In this document: piece after piece, positions 58,845 through 64,000 of the stretch
Position numbering within the stretch: position 1 is the first letter of the stretch
Layout of the letters: the number at the start of each line of letters is the position of its first letter
Assembly: GCA_965221165.1 (NCBI GenBank)
Contig: CBDCRP010000003.1
Span: forward strand, 1,056,001-1,120,000
Length of the DNA: 64,000 nt
Direction of reading: 5' to 3'
Source: a bacterium
GTDB taxonomy: Bacteria > UBA8248
The notes under the pieces: model-generated
What the model saw: the letters and a program-made list of their open reading frames with translations, nothing else
What the model was told of the DNA's origin: nothing
Database searches by the model: none
Position numbers and translations under genes: made by a program

Positions 58845-60065
58845 TTGAAAATATTGCATCGATACATCCTGAACGAATTAATATCATATCTCCTCATATC
58901 CTTGTTTTTCCTTACATTTATGCTCCTGCTCCACAAAATGTTGCAATTTACGGATTTGGTGGTGAATCGTGGAGTGCCACTTTCGATTGTGGCGCAATTC
59001 CTTTTCACCGCTTTGCCTGTTCTTCTCTTGGTGACCCTCCCAATGTCCGCCCTCATTGCCAGCATCATGGTGTTTAGCCGCCTGTCGAGCGACAGCGAAT
59101 CCTTGGCAATGACCGTCTCCGGCATGAACCATTATTCTCAACTCATCCCTGTTGGAATGGTGGGTATCGCCACCGCCGTTTTGAGCGGATTCCTCATGAT
59201 ATTTGCTCTCCCCTGGAGTCAAAACGCCATCTCGGAGCTCAGCCAGCAGATGCTCCGCAGTCGAGCGGCCGCGTTCGATATTCGCGAACAAGTTTTCCAT
59301 GACAGTTTTGATGGAATCATGATCTATGTGCGAGAAGTCGATGAATCAGGTAAAACCATGAAAGGCATCGTCATTTCAGATACAAGAGAGAAAGGGAAGA
59401 ACCAAGTCATCTTTGCTGATCATGGAAGGCTCATCAAATCCCCCGGTTCCTCCAAGGTATGGCTGCACCTCGCCAACGGAACCGTTCACACGGCCAGCGA
59501 GTCCGAGAAAACCTTCAGCCAAAAAACAAGCACACATAATAATTCTTCTGCTCTTCCTAAAAATCACTATCAAATTGCTCGCTTCGGAAGCTACATTCTC
59601 CATTTGGACCTCACGAAGACCATCGGAAAAACAAAAGCACTCCGGACGAGTCTGCGATCTCTTCCACTAAATGAACTAAGAAGCAAATTAAAAGAACAAA
59701 AACCAGGAACCAGCAGATACAACGCCATTCTCGTGGAGTTGAACAAGAAATTCGGCGTTCCTTTCACATGCCTCGTCTTGGCTTTCTTAGGAGCGCCCCT
59801 CGGCGCACAAAACAGACGCTCGGGGCGCCACGGCGGTTTTGCCTTGAGCCTGAGCGTCTTGGTTCTCTATTACATGATCGTCACTTTCGCCGAAGGCATG
59901 GGAGAGAGTGGACAAATTAGCGCTTCGCTCGCCGTCTGGGGCCCTAACATATTTTTGGCCCTCCTCGCGGGGTATATGATACGAACCGTAGGGCGACGCA
60001 GCGCTATCGACATTCGGGGACTACTCCTGAAACCCGTCTTTTCTTTCATCCGAAATAAATCATAA
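58845..60065 (+). CDS. lptF: LPS export permease LptF
   Basis: ILHRYILNE, SRLSSDSE, LGAPLG, VWGPN; paired with lptG. Confidence 0.9.
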   Translation: MKILHRYILNELISYLLISLFFLTFMLLLHKMLQFTDLVVNRGVPLSIVAQFLFTALPVLLLVTLPMSALIASIMVFSRLSSDSESLAMTVSGMNHYSQLIPVGMVGIATAVLSGFLMIFALPWSQNAISELSQQMLRSRAAAFDIREQVFHDSFDGIMIYVREVDESGKTMKGIVISDTREKGKNQVIFADHGRLIKSPGSSKVWLHLANGTVHTASESEKTFSQKTSTHNNSSALPKNHYQIARFGSYILHLDLTKTIGKTKALRTSLRSLPLNELRSKLKEQKPGTSRYNAILVELNKKFGVPFTCLVLAFLGAPLGAQNRRSGRHGGFALSLSVLVLYYMIVTFAEGMGESGQISASLAVWGPNIFLALLAGYMIRTVGRRSAIDIRGLLLKPVFSFIRNKS

Positions 60066-60074
60066 ATTCCCGCC

Positions 60075-61163
60075 ATGAACATACTGAACCGCTATATCTT
60101 CAAGCAGTTCTTGAGAATGGTGTTTATTTGTCAGTCAGGAGCTATCACCCTTTTCCTAATTGCTGAGTTTATCGAACGAATTGACGATTTTATCGAAAAA
60201 AAAGCGACCCTGACCGATGGCGCCCTGTATTTCTTATACAAAATGCCCCATCTCGTTTTTCTCTCTGTTCCGCTCACCGTTCTGCTGGCGAGCACTTTCA
60301 CGCTGATTCTTTTCGCCAGAGAAAACCAGATCGTCGCCATGCGCGCCAACGGATTCAGCCTTTACCGAATCATTACACCCATTCTTGTCGCTAGCCTGGG
60401 AATCAGCCTCCTGGCCTTCTTGGGAAATGAATATATTGTTCCACTCGCTAACAAACGCGGAGAATACATCTGGCAAATCAACATCAAAAAAATCGGCTTG
60501 CGGACGCATACCCAGAGAGACAAAATCTGGTATCGTTCACAAAACAACACCATCTGGCAAATCACGCACTATAATCCATTTTCAGAAAAAATGAGGGACG
60601 TTACCCTATACCGTATGGATCAGCTCAATCGCTTAACGCAACGTATTGACGCAATTGAAGCGGTTTGGCGGCCCGTGAAAAAACATTGGGAATTCCACCA
60701 AGGCGTGATCCATGACTTTGCGGGTGAGGGGAAAATCAAACAAGAAACTTTCGAGAAAAAAGTTTTCATGCTCACGGAAAAGCCGGAAGATTTCAAAAAA
60801 ACAGGCAGAAATCCAGAGACGATGAATTATCAGGAACTCAGTCGCTACATTGAGAACTTGAGGAAAAGCGGAGTGGACCCTAATCGCTATGTCGTAGATA
60901 TGTGGGCCAAAATTTCCGCTCCTTTTATAAGTTTCGTATTGGCCCTGGTGGGTGTGCCCTTCTCTATTCGAAACAGCAGAAACGGAGGAGTTGCTCTAGG
61001 AGTCGCTATCGCCATTGGAATCGGTGCTATCTATCTCGTTCTTTTCCATGCGAGCCTTTCGTTCGGACATGCCGGACGCCTGCCACCTATCCTGGCAGCT
61101 TGGGGACCTAATGCCATTTTCCTCGCAGGAGGCGCCTATTTGCTCACTTCCATAAGAGCATAA
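60075..61163 (+). CDS. lptG: LPS export permease LptG
   Basis: ILNRYI, ENQIVAMRANG, PETMNYQEL, LPPILAAWGPN. Confidence 0.92.
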   Translation: MNILNRYIFKQFLRMVFICQSGAITLFLIAEFIERIDDFIEKKATLTDGALYFLYKMPHLVFLSVPLTVLLASTFTLILFARENQIVAMRANGFSLYRIITPILVASLGISLLAFLGNEYIVPLANKRGEYIWQINIKKIGLRTHTQRDKIWYRSQNNTIWQITHYNPFSEKMRDVTLYRMDQLNRLTQRIDAIEAVWRPVKKHWEFHQGVIHDFAGEGKIKQETFEKKVFMLTEKPEDFKKTGRNPETMNYQELSRYIENLRKSGVDPNRYVVDMWAKISAPFISFVLALVGVPFSIRNSRNGGVALGVAIAIGIGAIYLVLFHASLSFGHAGRLPPILAAWGPNAIFLAGGAYLLTSIRA

Positions 61164-61172
61164 CCCGCCCTT

Positions 61173-62258
61173 TCAAGATGAAAACACTTTCTTATCGAGC
61201 AAGGCTGTTAAATTCGCATCTTCATTGATTTTCATCATCACCCGGAGGATACGAAATGGCACCTTGCCTAACAAAGTCGACAACTTTACCGCATCTTTCT
61301 CTGTGGTCAGAATAAAATCGGCCCCTGTTTTCTTCAGCGACGAAATGAGCCGCACGCCATCCGCCAAAGCATAGTGGGTATGATCTGGATATTCATGGTG
61401 TACCAGGAGCTCGACATTCAACGATTCAAGCATTTTCTCGAAACCATGCGGATTTCCCAATCCGCTCACGGCAACTACTTTAGCGCCCTTGAGTTCATCT
61501 GGCATACCTATTTTTTCACCTCGTGAATCCAGGAGCGAATCGGGTTCAAGGCGTCCGGTGAAAATAGGGATATCTGCCACAAGAGACTGAATCTCCTTTC
61601 TCGTGCGATCGGCACATTCACCCGTCACTAAAACGGCATCTGCACGTTTTAGGGCCGAAACCGGTTCTCGAAGAATTCCTGCGGGAATCACCCTGCCATT
61701 TCCAAAAGGATAATCTCCGCGTAAGAGCACCACATCTATATCCCGACAAAGCGATAGATGTTGAAAGCCATCGTCGAGCACAACAACATCCGCTCCGAAT
61801 TCCTCCGCCGCCTTTTCGGCGACTAAAGAGCGGTCTGCGCCCGTTAAAATAGGAAGGTCAGGGTATCGCCGGGCGAGCATTGCCGCCTCATCCGCGGCTG
61901 GTGGCCCTGACATCAGACTACCCTTGCCATCGCTGACAACCATCACATCCTTAGGCCTTCCGCCATAGCCCCTACTTACTACAGCAGGCTTTCGTCCTTT
62001 TGAGAGCAGTTTTTCCAATATCCAGGCAACGGTGGGCGTTTTACCCGTCCCACCAAGCACAAGATTACCAATAGAAATGACAGGTACGGAATTTTTCATC
62101 ACATGGGCTTTGCCAGCTTCATAGCGCTGGCGCCGATACGCCATTGCCGCGCCATAGATACTCCCCAAGGGCTTGAAACCCTTTGTCAACACACGAGACC
62201 AAACCGGGGATAACGGATTATCCTCCCAAGCCATCAAAATGCCGCGTCGAAAACTCAT
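61173..62258 (-). CDS. lpxK: Tetraacyldisaccharide 4'-kinase
   Basis: ISIGNLVLGGTGKTP, SRGYG, LDDGFQH, TTEKDAVK. Confidence 0.96.
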   Translation of the reverse strand: MSFRRGILMAWEDNPLSPVWSRVLTKGFKPLGSIYGAAMAYRRQRYEAGKAHVMKNSVPVISIGNLVLGGTGKTPTVAWILEKLLSKGRKPAVVSRGYGGRPKDVMVVSDGKGSLMSGPPAADEAAMLARRYPDLPILTGADRSLVAEKAAEEFGADVVVLDDGFQHLSLCRDIDVVLLRGDYPFGNGRVIPAGILREPVSALKRADAVLVTGECADRTRKEIQSLVADIPIFTGRLEPDSLLDSRGEKIGMPDELKGAKVVAVSGLGNPHGFEKMLESLNVELLVHHEYPDHTHYALADGVRLISSLKKTGADFILTTEKDAVKLSTLLGKVPFRILRVMMKINEDANLTALLDKKVFSS

Positions 62259-63538
62259 GCGGCTCCCCCATTCGATTCCGCCAAAATTTGAACGATATAT
62301 TCCGCGGTTCGCTCGGCAGCGCCTTGGTTGTTCTGCACTACTTGACAAGCCGCTTCACCCGCCCGTTTTCGAGATATCGGATCATTCAACCATTTCACGA
62401 CGGCCGCCTCTATGTCTTTCCGCTCGCTTAGTTGAATCACGCCGCCTTTTTCCAGCATCTCGCGGATCACTTCCCCGAAATTATCCATATAAGGGCCACA
62501 CAGACATGGCACGGCCCAGCGCGCCGCTTCTATCGGGTTCTGGCCACCATGGCGAATAAAACTTCCCCCGATAATCGCTATCGTCGCGCACGCATACGCA
62601 TCTGCGAGTTCACCCATCACATCCAGGATGACAACCTGATGCTCACCGCCCGTATTTTTTATGTCGCTCCAGCGCACGGGAGAAATGCCTGAGTCTTGCA
62701 AGACTGTTTCTACCTGGGCCACTCTTTCCAGATGGCGCGGCGCCAGAAGTAGACCCACCCCGGGCATTTTCCGATGAATGGATGATAACACCTCTCCAAT
62801 CAGTTTCTCTTCTCCAGCGTGCGTACTGCCCGCCACAATGACGTGCTCACAAGCGCTTAGACCATATGAGCGAGACGAAGGCCCCCGAACCGGCAAGGGC
62901 ATATCATATTTGATGTTCCCGAAAACTCGAACAGAAATTGCCCCCAAATCCAAAAACCGTTCGGCATCACTTTCTTCACGCACCAACACATCCCTTAAAC
63001 ACTTCAAGATCGAGGAAAAGAAAAACTGAAATCGCTTGTAACTACGATACGAACGCTCAGAAAGCCTCCCGTTGATAATAAATACAGGGATATTTTGTCT
63101 TTCGGCTTCAACCACGAGATTCGGCCATATTTCCGTTTCTATGAGCGCAATCATAGAAGGTTGAATCCGCCTCAAAGCGGAGCGGACAACTATAGAGAAA
63201 TCAAGCGGCAAGTAAATCAGTTGCTCGACCCCGGATATTTTTTGGGCTTCATTTCTTCCTGTTTGGGTGACTGTGGAAAGAACAATTTTCAGTTCTGGCT
63301 TCATTCTTAAAAGGACGGGTATCAAGACAGCGGCCACACCCACTTCCCCTACGGATACGGCATGCAACCAAAGACGCTCTCCCACCGCATCGGGCAACTT
63401 CGGAGGAAACCCGAACCTTTGACGAACAGTTTGAAGTCTGAACCCACGGAGCCACAGACGAATCAGAAAATATACGAGCAAAACAGGCGAGATGAGAAGA
63501 AGAATAACATTGTAGAGAAACAGCATGGGCGGTTTCAC
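62255..63538 (-). CDS. waaA: Kdo transferase
   Basis: WLHAVSVGE, ETEIWPN, AGSTHAGEE, APRHLER, GGQNPIEAA. Confidence 0.96.
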   Translation of the reverse strand: MKPPMLFLYNVILLLISPVLLVYFLIRLWLRGFRLQTVRQRFGFPPKLPDAVGERLWLHAVSVGEVGVAAVLIPVLLRMKPELKIVLSTVTQTGRNEAQKISGVEQLIYLPLDFSIVVRSALRRIQPSMIALIETEIWPNLVVEAERQNIPVFIINGRLSERSYRSYKRFQFFFSSILKCLRDVLVREESDAERFLDLGAISVRVFGNIKYDMPLPVRGPSSRSYGLSACEHVIVAGSTHAGEEKLIGEVLSSIHRKMPGVGLLLAPRHLERVAQVETVLQDSGISPVRWSDIKNTGGEHQVVILDVMGELADAYACATIAIIGGSFIRHGGQNPIEAARWAVPCLCGPYMDNFGEVIREMLEKGGVIQLSERKDIEAAVVKWLNDPISRKRAGEAACQVVQNNQGAAERTAEYIVQILAESNGGAA

Positions 63539-64000
63539 TTCTCTGCTGGGTTTTCCAGATAAGATTTGGCCTCTTCATTCGCATGGATGAGCCGTTTTTC
63601 TATTTCCGCGCGTTTTGACTCCAATATGCTCTCATCCCGGGTACGCGGGACATCCAGCGGCTCTCCACAACAGACAGAGATCTTCCCGAAAGGTAGGGGG
63701 AAAATCGTCCTGTCCCATGTCGGGATGGTGAAAAAGCGAGATGCCGCAAAAGCGACCGGGCAAATTTGATAGCCCGTTATACTTGCCAAATAAACTAGTC
63801 CCATTTTTACTCTCTCCGGTGGACCTTGTGGTCCATCTGGCGTGACGAAAATCTGGTGTCCTTTTTTCGCCACTCTGACCATTTGTCGAAACGCAACGGC
63901 TCCGCCTTTGTCTCGTCCATCCAGCGAAGAAGAAGAACCTCTTACACAATGCGTGTAGAGTCGGGAGACCACTTGGGCGAGTAATTCTCCATCCCGGCTT
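63535..64000 (-). CDS. DUF374 / lysophospholipid acyltransferase family (5' end outside window)
   Basis: VRGSS, TPDGPQGP, WDRTIFPLPF. Confidence 0.88.
   Translation of the reverse strand, partial: SRDGELLAQVVSRLYTHCVRGSSSSLDGRDKGGAVAFRQMVRVAKKGHQIFVTPDGPQGPPERVKMGLVYLASITGYQICPVAFAASRFFTIPTWDRTIFPLPFGKISVCCGEPLDVPRTRDESILESKRAEIEKRLIHANEEAKSYLENPAEK

Noticed and set aside
1-64000. Genome-wide UGA recoding (genetic code 4 or 25) as the explanation for the in-frame UGAs
   Set aside because: Many genes end normally at TGA, including TGA/ATG overlaps, and the two read-through UGAs fall at catalytic Cys sites

Overview
Bacterial genomic DNA from a diderm (LPS-producing), probably uncultured organism, in two visibly different halves. 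The left half (about 1-33 kb, GC-rich) holds accessory catabolic genes: amidase, sarcosine-oxidase-like protein, hydantoinase/oxoprolinase A+B, PPOX, TPP enzyme, ACAD-like, LLM, CocE/NonD and aminopeptidases. It also holds a GNAT/DUF1778 toxin-antitoxin pair, tRNA-Val(TAC), several gene remnants and many nested REP/MITE-like palindromic repeats. The right half (about 33-64 kb, lower GC, no such repeats seen) holds TcuA-like and Fe-S oxidoreductases, an aquaporin, an ABC transporter, dapA, a D,D-carboxypeptidase and a lipid A/heptose-core cluster (msbA, waaC/F, split hldE, gmhB, lptFG, lpxK, waaA). Signals the ORF track misses or does not explain: (1) two probable selenoprotein genes, a rhodanese and an OsmC-like protein, each with an in-frame UGA at the catalytic Cys position followed by a SECIS-like hairpin; (2) a promoter - structured RNA - terminator - DUF3800 cassette beside tRNA-Val, laid out like an RNA-antitoxin (type III-like) module; (3) a secreted 7x NPC-repeat peptide next to a cupredoxin-like protein; (4) a composite repeat family with a 24-bp VNTR, a nested MITE and a GIY-YIG remnant; (5) an unknown two-repeat His/Glu/Cys protein. 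All calls come from reading motifs by eye; no searches were run.
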